Made by a program: the position numbers and the translations under genes. The notes beneath the pieces were generated by a model. It was not told the origin of the DNA. It worked only from the letters and a program-made list of their open reading frames with translations, and searched no databases. From the NCBI GenBank assembly GCA_040285855.1, contig JAUFOQ010000006.1:2108001-2172000 (forward strand): a stretch of 64,000 nt of DNA. The letters are read 5' to 3'. The stretch's first letter is position 1, and each line of letters begins with the position of its first letter. Below, piece by piece: positions 41,399-53,734 of the stretch. Origin of the DNA: Eukaryota sp. GEM-RC1. Taxonomy: Eukaryota.

Positions 41399-43352
41399 AT
41401 GCCACTCAAAAAAGCATTTGGGGGTCTTTCAAGTGTTTGAATGATGATGTCCGTACTAATATTAGGTTCTGCATCAGTGCAGGAGCCATGATTTCCAGTG
41501 GGGCTTTGATCCTGCCTTCAATTGCATTTGCCCAAACAGGTCCTTCCATGATTGCAGCCTATGTTCTCGCTGGTCTCCTGATCTTGCCCGCAATGTTCTC
41601 TCAACAAGAACTGTCAACTGCCATGCCTAAAAGTGGATTGAGTTACTTCGCCGTAGTTCGATCATTAGGTCCCTTCGCTGGCTGTGTTGCTGGATTCATC
41701 AGTTGGCTATGTATTGCTCTTAAGGCTAGCTTTGCTTGTGTAGGTCTAGGAACTCTTTTCGCACCCTTCTTGTCCTCATTTCTCTCCACTGAAGTCGCTA
41801 TCAAAGTCGTAGCATTGACCTTTGCCATTTTCTTCACTATTATGAATCTTCTCACTGTTAAAGGAACCGGGGCTCTCCAGGGATATCTTGTTGGTGGTCT
41901 TCTGATTCTCCTCTATGGATATGGTACTTACGGTACCGCTCACATCCAAGTAGAACGTCTTCAACCTTTCTATACCGGAGGTTTCCTCAGCTTCATCGCT
42001 ACCACCGCTCTAGTATTCGTCAGTTACGGAGGTCTAACCAAAGTAGTTGATGTATCTGAAGAGGTAGATAGTCCTGCAACGAGTATTCCTAGAGGAATGG
42101 GCGCTGCCTTTGTCATTGTCAACATCCTATACGCTTTGATGATGACTGTGACTGTTGGTGTCTGTGATGCTGACGAGTTAGCCAGTAGTTACAAGCCTAT
42201 TGCTCTAGGTGCTTATAATATGATTGGTAAACCTGGTGAGATTCTAGTGGATGTTGCTGCTGGTTTAGCCTATGCCACTACTGCTCTAGGTATGTGTAGT
42301 TCTATTAAAACCTAACTATAGCTGGTATTCTGTCAGCTGCAAGATCTCCTCTAGCAATGTCACGTGATGGGATTCTCCCTGAGTTTTTGTCTAAAACTAC
42401 TAAACAGAAGAAGATTCCCGCTAATTCAATTCTTGTTACTTTTTGTTTTATTGCATTTTCACTACTTTTAACAGTAGATGATCTCGCTAGAGTCGCATCT
42501 CTCCTCTTTTTGTTGTCTTTTGTCTTGATTTGTTCAGCTGTTATTGTATTTAGAGTTAACAAGTTCCCTGCTTATCGTCCCGCAGTCAAGGTTCCGTGGT
42601 TTCCTTATTTGAATATTTTTGGTATTGTTTTATATTTAGTTTTGATTTTGGATATGGGCAAAACTCCTCTTTTGTTGACTCTTGCCTTCTTGTCTTCTAC
42701 TGCAGTCTATTACGTTATCTTTGGTCGAAACGGAAAGAAAATCGAGCCACTGATCACGTCAACATTCAAATTTTGGAAAAATCGTCATAAGGCTGATTCC
42801 TGGCTATCGCGAGCTCTTTTTGAAGATGAGTTGCTTCAAATCAAGTACCATCGTGATGACATTGTTCATGATATCTTTGACGATGCAGTTAAAAATGCTG
42901 TGATTGTTGATTTAGTAAAAGCAATCACTACTGAAGAACTCTTTGACCTTATTTCTCAAGAACTTTATCCCATTGTTGGTTGTGAACCTGACGAAATTGC
43001 TCAACAACTGAAAAGAAAAGATCAAAATGGATGCCCTCTATTGAATGATGAAACGGGTATCTTTGATGTTCGTTTCCCTGAATCCAAATACGACAATATC
43101 ACTCAAATGATGATGATTCGTTCGAAACCTGGATTAGTATTTACCAACAATGAAGGTGATCCCATGGTTATTAAGTCCCTTTTCATTTTAGTTCGTAGTT
43201 CTAATAATTGGAGTTTCAATATGAAGAGTATAGCTTCGCTAGGAAGCATTACTTGTAGAGATTCCTTCAATGAACGTTGGAATGAAGCTAAAAACTCACA
43301 GCAACTCAAGGATTTATTGTTGGCTGCCAATAGGTATAGATTTGCAAAATAG
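41399..43352 (+). CDS. APC-family amino-acid permease fused to a C-terminal PTS EIIA-like domain
   Basis: FCISAGAMISSGALILP, FVSYGGLTKVVDVSEEV, SAARSPLAMSRDG; C-terminal FDDAVKNAVIVDL...SIASLG..DSFNERWNEAKNSQQLKDLLL; introns 41435-41465 and 42290-42321; G5->G4 at 41420-41424. Confidence 0.88.
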
Positions 43353-43387
43353 AAGTTGATAGGTTTTTGTGTTGTAATATTAAAACT

Positions 43388-44401
43388 CTAGTTTAGTATC
43401 GTAAATGGTAATACCAGTGAATAGATTGAGGTGAATCCAATAACAGAATTTGCTGACCAAGGAGAGTAAATCGAAAAGTCAACAATGGTGATGCAATCAA
43501 ATGAAGCTAAACGGAGGACAAAAAAGAATGTCGTAATCCAGATAATAAATACAAGTGACATGAAAGATACAAATAGAGAAGGTTTAGAAGATTCTGAATC
43601 GTTGATCTGGTATTTTAAAAGAACAACATTAATACAAACTAAGGTTGAGAAATTCAGAGTCTGGAAAAGAGAGATGTTGATAAATGAAAAAGATAGTAAC
43701 AACACCCAAGGATCAAGAACGTCCACAGTGACCTACAAATGGGGGGGAGAGTGTGTGGTGGAAAATAGAAATTTAAAAGGAGAAGCAGTATAAATATCAG
43801 CTTCTATTAGTAATCGTTTCCAGGTTTTATATTCTTTAATGATTTGTATACAAAAATATGACACAATCCATAATATTATCAGACTAGAATGAATCGTGAC
43901 AAGGAGAGAGAAAGGAGGATCAAATGAAAAAGATACAAGAGAGGAGAAAAAGACAAGAAGATGGAAATGAAGAAGAGAATATAGGATCTTCTTAGATACA
44001 GAAGAACAAAAGATCAGGCACAGTAAGAGTAGAAAGGAAACAAAAGAAGAGGCTAATCCAAACCAAGGAATATGTACAGAAATATGCGGAACAAGGAAAA
44101 GAGTAATAGACACATGGGAAGAACCACCAGAGTGAACGTTTGCAGAAGAGAAACAGGGATTTTCGATAAAATAAGCGGTAAGATGTTATGAATGGTGAGT
44201 TTCACAGGAATGACGTATCGTCCTTTACAAACCCTCACAGGACGCGTCTATAAGTGAAAGTTGCTTGAATTTAATCCAATCCATCAAACAATCCCGATGA
44301 ACAAACTTCAGAGATCCTGTGCATTTGCAAGGCACAATAAGATCATGCAAGGGCTCCCCACAATGGCAGATTCTACAGCTGAGAGAAGAAAGTTCTTCCA
44401 T
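43388..44401 (-). CDS. RING-CH (MARCH/Doa10-type) transmembrane E3 ubiquitin ligase
   Basis: CRICH....[24 protein letters not shown]....CEVCK (after G3->G2 near 44232) then several TM helices; further inferred shifts near 44097, 43741 and ~43665. Confidence 0.82.
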
Positions 44402-44601
44402 CAAACGAACCACTTTTCTTTTGGATTTTGTCTTTTACTTCGTTTAACTTGATTGAGTATTCGACAACTGAATGGTTTTACACTCAACTGCTGACAATGT
44501 TCTCAGCAAATTGGTTTTGAATCCATTTAGCTGATATTGACACCTACTTTTTTCACTATCGGATATCTCTTGTCACAAAGATTCCTAATAGTCTTACTTA
44601 C

Positions 44602-47600
44602 ATGGAGCTTATCCAGCATGCACTGGTTCCTTTGATTGGTGTATCTGATGATGGAGATATTCTAATCGCTTCTAATCCATTTGCTGAAGTGCTGGGCTTT
44701 TCCCCTGATCAACTTAAGTCAACGCCTGTTTCTTCATTATGTCAAAATTGTGTTGATTTTCAGACCTTACTGACCTCTCTTAAGTCTGGCTCATCATACA
44801 CCCTTCATTTTTTGGACCATGCTCACACTGTCTTCTATTGTGAGGTAATTCTTCTTTCTCAACATCACTCTCTTAATGTTCTTTACTTCAAATCAATGTC
44901 AGAAAGCTTGCAACTCAACCTGGACATGGCTTACACTATAATAAGTCTAGCTAATGTTGGATATTGGATCATGGATCTTAAAACAAGGAAAATCATTTGG
45001 AACAAATCATTGTATGACATTATGGAGGGCTCTTCAGACTATCAACCTAAATTTGAAGACGTTATTGATTGCTTGCCAGTTGATGATCGCCACAAGGTTC
45101 TTGATTTGATTGAAAGATCAACTGAGTTTGGAGATGATTTCATTTACAGAGGGAAATGTCACACGTTGAAGCAAAATTTAAAATATGTTGATGTCTCTGG
45201 CAAAGTAAATCACAGTCATCACCTCATTGGGATTGTAAGAGACGTTTCAGATGAGCAACAAAAACAACAAGAAGTGATTTACCAGCAGAATGAATTGATT
45301 CATCAAGTAAAAGAAACCGAAGCTTCGTTGAGAAGAAGTTTGAATCAGATAAAACCATACCTGAAAAATACATTCTTATTGTATTTTTTGTATTTTGTAT
45401 TTTCTGTATTTTTTGTATTGTATCAAATCGTCTCGTGTATTGTATTTTTTGTATTTTTTCTAAGTGGTACATTTTTGGTACCGCTACTGAAAGAGTGCTA
45501 TCTTGTAGTGTCAATGTTGCTATTTGATTCAACTTACAATAAGCTACATCTATTTGGATTCTCAATAACAATGTCAAAAACATTAAACGAAGACGTCATT
45601 TTAATCTATTGTTGCAAATAAAGTACAATTAAAAATTGTTATCTCAAAGCTAAATGTAAAAGACAAAAGAACACAAATGTTTACCTTCAAGTTTCTCTAC
45701 TATCAGGTAACTTCATATCCTCCCTTGATTACTTACTTTTAGAACGTACTTTTCTTTATTTCCAGGAGTTTTTAAGAGTACGGAGTTTTGCATTATCAAG
45801 AAGCTGGGAGAGTTGGTGTCAAATGTTGTGTCAAAGAAGAAGAATGTTGGGTGTACACTACTATACTTGCCAGTAGCATTGTCGTCATTTTGATTCGAAA
45901 TTGCCACGTCATTGTATCTGTATTTCTTTGTATTTTTTGTTGTATTGTATTTTTTGTATTTTTTGTATTGTATCAGATCAAAGTGGTTGTATTTTTCAGG
46001 TATGGATAAAACAGGCTCAAGAACTTGGAAAGTTTGGCTTTTTTCACGTTAACTCGCCTGACAGATTGTTTCATCTTTGTTCAACGTCCCAGTACTTGTT
46101 CGATCTTCCATTCAGATTCACCTTCCTCTTTTGAACTGGAGCACCTGTCTCATTTTCCGTCTCAGGAAGTTGTGAGTCAGCTGTCAGTTATATTTGATAA
46201 AGTTTTTCAGGACGGAAAGTCAGTTGTTGAGATAATTCCTTGTAGTAAAGACGCCAAAACGTTGTACTATCAGTTGAAGGTTCATCCAAGTATATTTGAT
46301 GAACAGGGCAATGTTCAAGAAATTACTGGGATCGTACAAGATCTAACGGATTTAATTTCTGCAAAAGAAAAGCTGAAAGTGCAACCCTATCTAAGAGTAG
46401 ATTTCTTGGCCATGTTAGTCATGAGTTTGTTTCTAATTCTTTTATTATTCTTACCACAGAATTAGAACGGTATTCGTCTTCCTCTTTCCTAATCGCAGCC
46501 CCTCAACTCCATCATGGGCTTGTGTTTGTTCTCTTTCTTATCTCACTTCAGTGGCTGTTCTTAAAAACCAAGTAACTGATTCCAATCAACGATGTTTAAT
46601 TCAGGAAGCGGATAGTTCTGCCAGTCTTTTGTTATCACTAGTTAATAACGTTATTGACTTATATCGAATCGAAAGCAATGAGTTTACCTTCATGATGTCT
46701 GAGTTTAATGTAATAACAATTGTTGATGATCTTACGAACTACTTTTCAGAGTCTTTTGGATCGTCAGCTTCAATTGAATGGTTGACTCTCGTTGATAGCG
46801 ACGCTTTCCGATCAGTTAAATCCGATCAACACCGTTTATTGCAGATTCTAGTCAATCTTATTCGAGCAGTAAACAGATTTGCCACTGAAGGGTTTAAATA
46901 TTTAAAATTGTTCACTTATTTTAGATTCATTGAACTTCGTGTCAGTACTGAGATTCCATCACGTGATCCTGAGCCAGAACTGCTGATTGTACGATTCAGA
47001 GTAACCCCGTTTGGAGCTGAAGTACCAGATCCTGCTTTGTTAGAGTTGTTGTTCAACCCTTTTGAGCTTTCTCCTAATGATCTTAGCTTAGATTATGGAT
47101 TTGGATTGGCAGTTGCGCAAGGAATAGCAAAACTCATGGGTTCTGAAGTTAAACTTGTCAGAGATGAAGACGGTTCTAGTGTTTACTTCGATTTGGTACT
47201 TACGCTTCCGTGTCTTCGTGGAGGTGTTTCTTTGAAAAACCTTAAAGGACTCAAGATTGGTGTTTTGATGAAGGAAAGTTACACTAGAGAGACATTGTTC
47301 AAGCAATTGAGGGTCTTTGGAATTTGTGTTACCGAAATATCGTCATCAATGTTGATCAATAATAGGTTTGATTCTGAGACCAATGCGATCTTCGTTCATG
47401 CTCCATGCTTGACTCCTGCTGTGGAGCTAGTACTGGAAAGAACTAATGCTGTTATCGTCAATCTATCTTTCTACCATCGACATGACGAAGTTGAGGCACG
47501 TAGAGCATTTACTTCTAAAAAACATTCTCTTGTTCTACCGATTCTTTACGACCAGTTGTTGACTGTCCTATCATCAATTGCTGGTGATCTTCTTCATCGT

Positions 47601-48083
47601 AGACCAGCCACTGTGAGATTGTCTAGTGGTGGGGAACGTTTCAAGATTCTGTTTGCTGATGATCAACATGTCAATCGAAGAGTTATGGGCTTGCTTTTGG
47701 ATCAGTTAGAAGTTGATGCTGAGTGTGTTGAGGATGGCAGCATAGCGTTTGATTTGTACAAAAAGAATCCACTTGAGTACGATTTAATAATTCTGGGTAC
47801 GTATTATCTTTGAAATTTGAAATTTTTAACTCTAGATTATAGAATGCCAACTAGTGGAAGCCAGACAGCTAGAAGTATCCGGGAATTTGAACGAAACAAC
47901 GGTATTGGTAGTGTTGCTATCATGTGTCTCACGGCTGATGCTTCTCTTGATAGTAAAATTGACTCCCTTGATGCTGGAATGAACTTCTGGCTGAGTAAAC
48001 CCGTCACAAAGTATGAACTGGTAAATGTTTTGGATCAGTTTCTCCCTTTAACTAGAAGATGTGTTAGTAAAATGGCTGAGTAA
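44602..48083 (+). CDS. Hybrid histidine kinase (three PAS-like, HisKA, degenerate HATPase, receiver), interrupted by a hAT element
   Basis: Reconstructed H-box KAESATLSKSRFLGHVSHE|IRT|PLNSIMGL|L; receiver FADDQHVNRRV...YDLIILD|YRMP...LTADA...KPV; introns 46425-46459, 46470-46498, 46524-46551, 46892-46924, 47797-47835; shifts near 46108 and 46368. Confidence 0.9.
45356..46004. mobile_element. Non-autonomous hAT transposon (family D), 649 bp, inside histidine kinase CDS
   Basis: 17-bp TIR CATACCTGAAAAATACA; 8-bp TSD GATAAAAC at 45348-45355 and 46005-46012; TGTATT subterminal arrays; removing element plus one TSD restores SLNQIKQAQELGKFG. Confidence 0.95.
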
Positions 48084-48187
48084 TAGACATCATTTGGTAA
48101 ACCTGTAATTGGAGAATTGTTTCTTGAACTAACCACTGTGTTGAATAAAAGAATAAAAGAAAACAAGACTGGGAACACTGTCCCATC

Positions 48188-48903
48188 ATGAAAGAGCCAC
48201 GAAGAAGCAGAACTATCACTTATTTAAAGAGACATAAGAACAAACATCATCAACAACAACAGAAAATGTCAGATATCTGTTCCAATGATCGCAGAAACTG
48301 TGAGACGGATCTTGGGTACTAGACTATCACCACCACCAGCTCCGTTAGGGCCGCTGTCACCGTTGAGATCTCCCGTAATGTATGGATCAGAAACAGTACA
48401 ATGGCCAGTCTCTTCAGCGTTAGATTACCAACAACCAACGGAGAGTCCTTCTATTGTGCAGCTTGGTAGAAAGCTGTTAGAATGTCAACGGGATAACAAA
48501 TTCCTTCGGCAGGAATTGTTATCGTGCCCAATTCGAAAAGATTCAATTATCCAGAATTATCAGCATACTCTAAGCAGTGTACTGAATCAACAACGCCTTT
48601 ATGACACCCAACGCCTGTGCTTTTCCACTTGGAGATCAAAGCATCGTTACAATTGCATTGCTAATATGAAAAAAAGTACTGCGGCACTAAAGCAAGAGCT
48701 GAGATTGATTTGTACCGAGTTCGAGTCATCCATGACTGATATCATTCGCACAGTTGATGATGTAAGGTCTACGTGTCCAACTGGTGTATTAACGACCACT
48801 GAGGTCAGACCAATCGCTTTGGAAGTAATTAGGTACCGTATGTTGACGTTTCTAATTCATTTCAGTCAAGAAATTGGTTGAAGAAGATCGACCGAAATTT
48901 TAA
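48188..48903 (+). CDS. Hypothetical coiled-coil protein
   Basis: ORF 48285-48881, extendable 5' via a shift at 48282; 28-nt intron 48838-48865 leads to TAA at 48901-48903. Confidence 0.55.
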
Positions 48904-49542
48904 TATTTTTCATAATGTTTTCTTGTACAACTTGGCAGGTTGATTAATCAATCATAATCAAGATTTAAGTTCGTATATTATCGAAGGTTTCCAAAGTCTA
49001 TGATAGCGTCATCACTGTTTGTCATAAATTCTGGTAAAGACACAACGTCAAAAACAATACTCAACTCCAAAACAGAAGGAAAAACAAATGTAGTAATTTT
49101 CTACCGTCATTCAGGAGTTTTTACATTCAAATTTACCCCTTCAGGCTTCTTGTACTTAAGTTAACTTTAGGATTTGATTCGAGTAAGTCAAGGCTATTGA
49201 CCAGTTGACTCAAATGACGAGCAAACTTGTTGTAAAAATTACACTTCTCATTATTCACTAGTAGTTAAGACCAAACAAAGTTATCCTTACAATATGTTAA
49301 ATTTGTTGAATTCTTTTTGTGGACCAAAGATTTTCAAATTGATTTGTTGTATAAACAACCGTCCCCAGACTGAGGTAGGACTGGTCGTAAACTAGAGGTA
49401 GACCCAGGTCATCCCCAATTTAGTATCAACAAGTTTAAACAACATCTCCTCAATCTTATTAGGAACCAAAAAAGTGTTATATCATAATTGAAAAATAACA
49501 AATAAATGATGACAAAAATAACAATTTAAAATTTTGAATTTA

Positions 49543-51254
49543 TTAGACAAATCCTCTTCTTGAAGCTCTCTTAAACAACCGCTGTCTTAATGAACGTCGT
49601 TCAATTCCACTAGAAGCATAGAAATAAGGAATAAAACAAAGTGACTGAAGTAACAATACTAAATATAGAGACGTCTTTGGGAAATAAGTAAGCCATCTCG
49701 AAACAAAAACTTGAAGAACTAAACCAATCCAAGTTGAGCCATTGTGAAAAGTACCAACACGAAGAGACAACAAACAATAACTATAAATCAAAACTGAAGT
49801 AATTTTCATTGTAGCTAAAGAACAAGGAGGTACAATGACACCACAAATTAAAACAATAAAACGAGTAAACTTATCATAAGGAAGTGTCATTAGTAGAAAG
49901 GTTCTCGAAGTAGAAGATAGAAGAAATGACCAGTAAATAAGGTAGGCTGGAATAGAAGAACAAGAAATTAAATTAAGGGAGTACCATTCAGTACTAGTAT
50001 TTGGAGCATTCCTATTATTAAAAACCAGTGAAATAATAACTAAAAGACCTGAAAGTAGCAACACTGCGAAACGACGTCTAACTATATGGACGATTAAGAG
50101 ATTTAATCGGACAAACGCGGCTAAGCAAACAACAAAAACACCTAGAACCATTCGAAAAGAAAGAGTAGACGAGATACGATTGGTGCAATCAGAATAGGGA
50201 CAGAAATCAAGAGACTTCTTGTTTGGAAACCAATAGAAAACACTGGAGAAAGTAGCAAAAACTCCATCGTCTTGATCGGAATCGTCATCTTCAACTCTCT
50301 TTCTACGTAAAACGACTGGTAAATCTGAAGTGATTTTGTAAGAAAAAGGAATAAGAAAGATGAGTAAAAGAATCGGTAAATCCATTAATGATTGGACAAC
50401 ATGAGCCCCATTATCAGGTGATTGAACAGTTTCCTTTTTAGGTTCAATCAGATCGTTAGTGAAGAGATCCTTAGATTGTTCAACAGTGGTGATACAGTCC
50501 TGACCGTCATCGCGTGAGCTCACGTCATGATCATAATCACTTTCCTCCACCGTAAATGAAGTCTGCTTCAGAGTGGTTCTTCGTTTAAGTTCTTTCTCTT
50601 CCACTCTAGATCTCTTCTCCTTCCTCTTTTCTCTACTTCAGCTGCAGCCACTGCAGCAAGGGGGAGGGAGTGAGGGGGAGGGGAAACGTCGAACTCAAGC
50701 TCAAATGCAGATGATTTAGGTTTCTTTGAACGCTTCTTTTTCTTTTTAGACTTGGGTTTTGCTGGCGATACTGATTCAGAGCACGAATCAACAGAGAGAA
50801 CTTTTGAGAAGGTGGACGTGGTAGATGAGGTAGATGAAACGGAAGCAGTACGACAACGAGAGGAAGGAGAATCAGGCTGAGGACGTTGGAGAACTCGAGT
50901 TGGAGGAGGAGAGTAAGGAGGGGAAGGGCTTCGCTGTTTCTCCTGAATTCTTTGGTTGAGATTGAGAGTAGTACTGGGAGACATCTGGAAAATAGATTCT
51001 TCAGGAGAGATGTTGATGTGAGATGGTCGTCTTGGGAGAGGAAGTGTGGTATTGAGACTCAGAGTTGGAAAGCTGTCATCTGGTTTCCAAGAGGTGTTAT
51101 TATGATGATCAGGAGCTGTATGATCTGATGAATCTCCTTCAGATGACATGAAATCGAAATCTCCCAGATTAGTACTTGTTGGTAACGAAATAGCATAACT
51201 CCTTTCATTGGAGAGATCCCAAGTAGTGGAGAAGAAGGGATTGGTGGGATCCAT
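49543..51254 (-). CDS. Hypothetical multi-pass membrane protein with disordered N-terminus
   Basis: Two ORFs joinable at the run 50627-50630; Ser/Pro/Lys-rich N-half, several hydrophobic helices C-terminally. Confidence 0.6.
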
Positions 51255-51354
51255 TAATTGGAACGGGAAATTTGCGGTCCAGGTCCAGGAAACAGATCAA
51301 AGAAATTCTCTTCAAACTCTGATCTCTGAGTCCGCTAAATATGTGTACAAGTGT

Positions 51355-52184
51355 TTATCTTAAACCTTCCATTCCAAATGTATCCCCAGTTGCTAGAAAC
51401 GGCATAGATGAGCGTCGTTTAGCTTCTCTCCTGCGTTGAAACAATTCTCCCTCTAATTCTTGTTTCTCTCTCTCCAACTGAAAACAATATGAACGACAGT
51501 CTCTCAATTGACTTTCCATAACTGTAAGCTTAGTCACAGCAGCTACTAGAGGACATTGTTTCTCGTGGAATTCCATGTCTCTTCTTTTACATCTATACAA
51601 GCAGCCGACATCAGATGCCGAACATGTGATTTCTCTTTCCAAACAGTTTTCATAATGTTGATGCAACAGTCTTCGTTTGAAAATCTGCCCACATCCATTA
51701 GGACACTCTGTTTCCATTTCTGGACATATTTCTAAATGTCTGTCGACCCCTTCTCTACTAATCCATTGTCTACAATGATCACAAACACATACAATGGATT
51801 CCGATCCCGCAGAACAAAGTTCCTTAGATATTTCAATAGCCCCTGCTGTTTTCAAATGCTCCTCCAGCTCCCTTCTAGCAAAGTGAACATCACAGTGAGG
51901 ACATTTGAACTTGATATTGTTCAAGAGATCTCGTACCTCCTGAGGGATTGGCAGTAACTCAGTCTTGGAATATGTTCTGTTGCAGAAACAGTTTATTAAC
52001 CCAATTGGTCGCTCTTTTAAGATTGATTCGACACATTTCTCACAGATGAGATGGTTACAACATGCTATAGTTAGCAATAAAGGGCTTTCATACGAGTGAC
52101 TTTTGGGTTCAAGCCAGCAATGATGTGTTTACACCGCTTACATGTGAGAAATTGTGATAAATCTTCTGAAGATCTTGGTTCCAT
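51355..52184 (-). CDS. RING + TRAF-type zinc finger protein
   Basis: CKRC...TP|CCNHLICEKC RING (29-nt intron 52093-52065); HLEICPEMETECPNGC, HYENCLEREITC...GC...RRDMEFHEKQC; coiled coil. Confidence 0.85.
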
Positions 52185-52232
52185 AGAAGAAGTGGTTAGA
52201 GACAATAAAGATATGCTATGAGATGTATCCTA

Positions 52233-52859
52233 CTAGGTATCATTTGCTGCTATATATTCAACTATTTCAGTTTGAAGAGGAGTTGCGATCAACCTACCTG
52301 GATCTGTAATGATGAAGCATTCAGGTAGCAATCGAACGAGTTTCTCCTTACAGTGTTCAACAACGAGACGATCAATGTCGGCTTCAGAGGAATTTGGATT
52401 CCTAGCTATAGAAAAATCCCTGCAACGTTTAAGACCTTCAGAGCCCAGCGCATCAATTTTATCAGCATCAGATACGACGTTAAGACAAAGATTTAAATCA
52501 GAACCTAAATCCTGACGTAAGCCCTTAATTTGCTTCGAATATGAAACGTTATGAATGATGTTAAGTATTGATGTAGCATCTTGATCATTCAAGTGCGAAG
52601 CAACAAAAGAATGAAGATCAGCTGCAGAAATTTGATGTTCATACTTGTGATCCAACACATCGTGTAACAGCGCAGCCCAATGTATGATTTGGACTTGAGA
52701 TTCATTTAACGTGGATGTTTCTTTGATGATGTTGCATGAGTGATGAAAGACTCGAACAGCATGACTAACATCATGTGAAGAATCTGTGGAAGAGAGCCAA
52801 GTGGTTAAGTAAGGAAGTAGTAGTTTAAGAGGGTTGTTAGAAGGATGTGTACCGGACAT
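52233..52859 (-). CDS. HD-domain phosphohydrolase (YpgQ/YedJ-like)
   Basis: SHDVSHAVRV, AALLHDVLDHKY, VVSDADKIDALG. Confidence 0.88.
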   Translation of the reverse strand: MSGTHPSNNPLKLLLPYLTTWLSSTDSSHDVSHAVRVFHHSCNIIKETSTLNESQVQIIHWAALLHDVLDHKYEHQISAADLHSFVASHLNDQDATSILNIIHNVSYSKQIKGLRQDLGSDLNLCLNVVSDADKIDALGSEGLKRCRDFSIARNPNSSEADIDRLVVEHCKEKLVRLLPECFIITDPGRLIATPLQTEIVEYIAANDT

Positions 52860-52897
52860 TAGCAACACGTGCTTAGACCTGGAAACTTCCCAATTTC

Positions 52898-53734
52898 ATG
52901 CGTCAACATCTTCCAGATGTGCTTTCATCAGCCTGTAATTCCAAGGCTATGTGCGTAACCGCAATCCGTCTACTTTCATCAAAAGTTGGTACATCACTTG
53001 AAGAAATGCAGACTCAATTTCTGACGGCTTCTGATATATCCAAATCGATTCAGTGGATGAGTGAAGTGTGTTATGTGCTTGCATTTCCTATAGAAATCCA
53101 GGTGTTAAGCTTTGATCTCCTTCATCGCATGTTGTCCGTGCTGTCTGTCCAACGTTCCGAACTTCAGTTGGTTTCTGCTGCTTGTCTCCTTATCAGTTCG
53201 AAAATGAATGATGAAGCCTGTCCCGTATCTGTATCCACTCTTTGCGTCTGTTCGGGGGATAGCTTTTCTTCTCAACAACTCCGTGATGCTGAGTGCTTTA
53301 TCATGACCAACTTTTCTAGTTGTCTATTTCCATTAACATCAGCCACTTTCCTTGAACTCTTTTCAAGTCTTATCACTGAGTCTGGTGTTTGCACAATCAC
53401 TCAACAACATTTGCTACTGTCTGCTGGACTCCGTCTTCTTCGTGATCTCTATCTGTCGTCAACTTATCGATTTCCTCCCGTGGATACTGCTATCGCCATC
53501 ATTTCAGTGTTGTGTGATTACTTGCATATCTATGATTGTGATGTCATCCTGTACGATTCAATGAACAGATATAACATGGATAATATTCGATTTATCACTG
53601 CTCTGGTTAATACAATCACTTCAGAACCTGTAGACGTTCCTGTGGAGGTTCAACCTTCTGATGATGATCTTGTTCCTAAAGAACGGTCAGATTCGCCTAA
53701 TTCTTTGGCTGCGTACATTGCGATGTGCTTGTAG
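52898..53734 (+). CDS. Cyclin (cyclin box)
   Basis: IQWMSEVC...LSFDLLHRMLS....RSELQLVSAACLLISSKMND....QQLRDAECFIM. Confidence 0.88.
   Translation: MRQHLPDVLSSACNSKAMCVTAIRLLSSKVGTSLEEMQTQFLTASDISKSIQWMSEVCYVLAFPIEIQVLSFDLLHRMLSVLSVQRSELQLVSAACLLISSKMNDEACPVSVSTLCVCSGDSFSSQQLRDAECFIMTNFSSCLFPLTSATFLELFSSLITESGVCTITQQHLLLSAGLRLLRDLYLSSTYRFPPVDTAIAIISVLCDYLHIYDCDVILYDSMNRYNMDNIRFITALVNTITSEPVDVPVEVQPSDDDLVPKERSDSPNSLAAYIAMCL

Noticed and set aside
45370..45975. TGTATT arrays (and ATTGCAAT arrays at 540-630, 1265-1360) as CRISPR or satellite
   Set aside because: No repeat-spacer periodicity; they lie just inside TIRs and are hAT subterminal repeats.
41399..48083. Bacterial contamination or chimeric contig (APC-EIIA, histidine kinase)
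   Set aside because: Both genes carry host-type micro-introns and flank a eukaryotic RING-CH gene.
39240..49335. Weak inverted similarity between TTGAC-rich tracts at ~39240-39360 and ~49160-49335
   Set aside because: Too degenerate to establish by eye.
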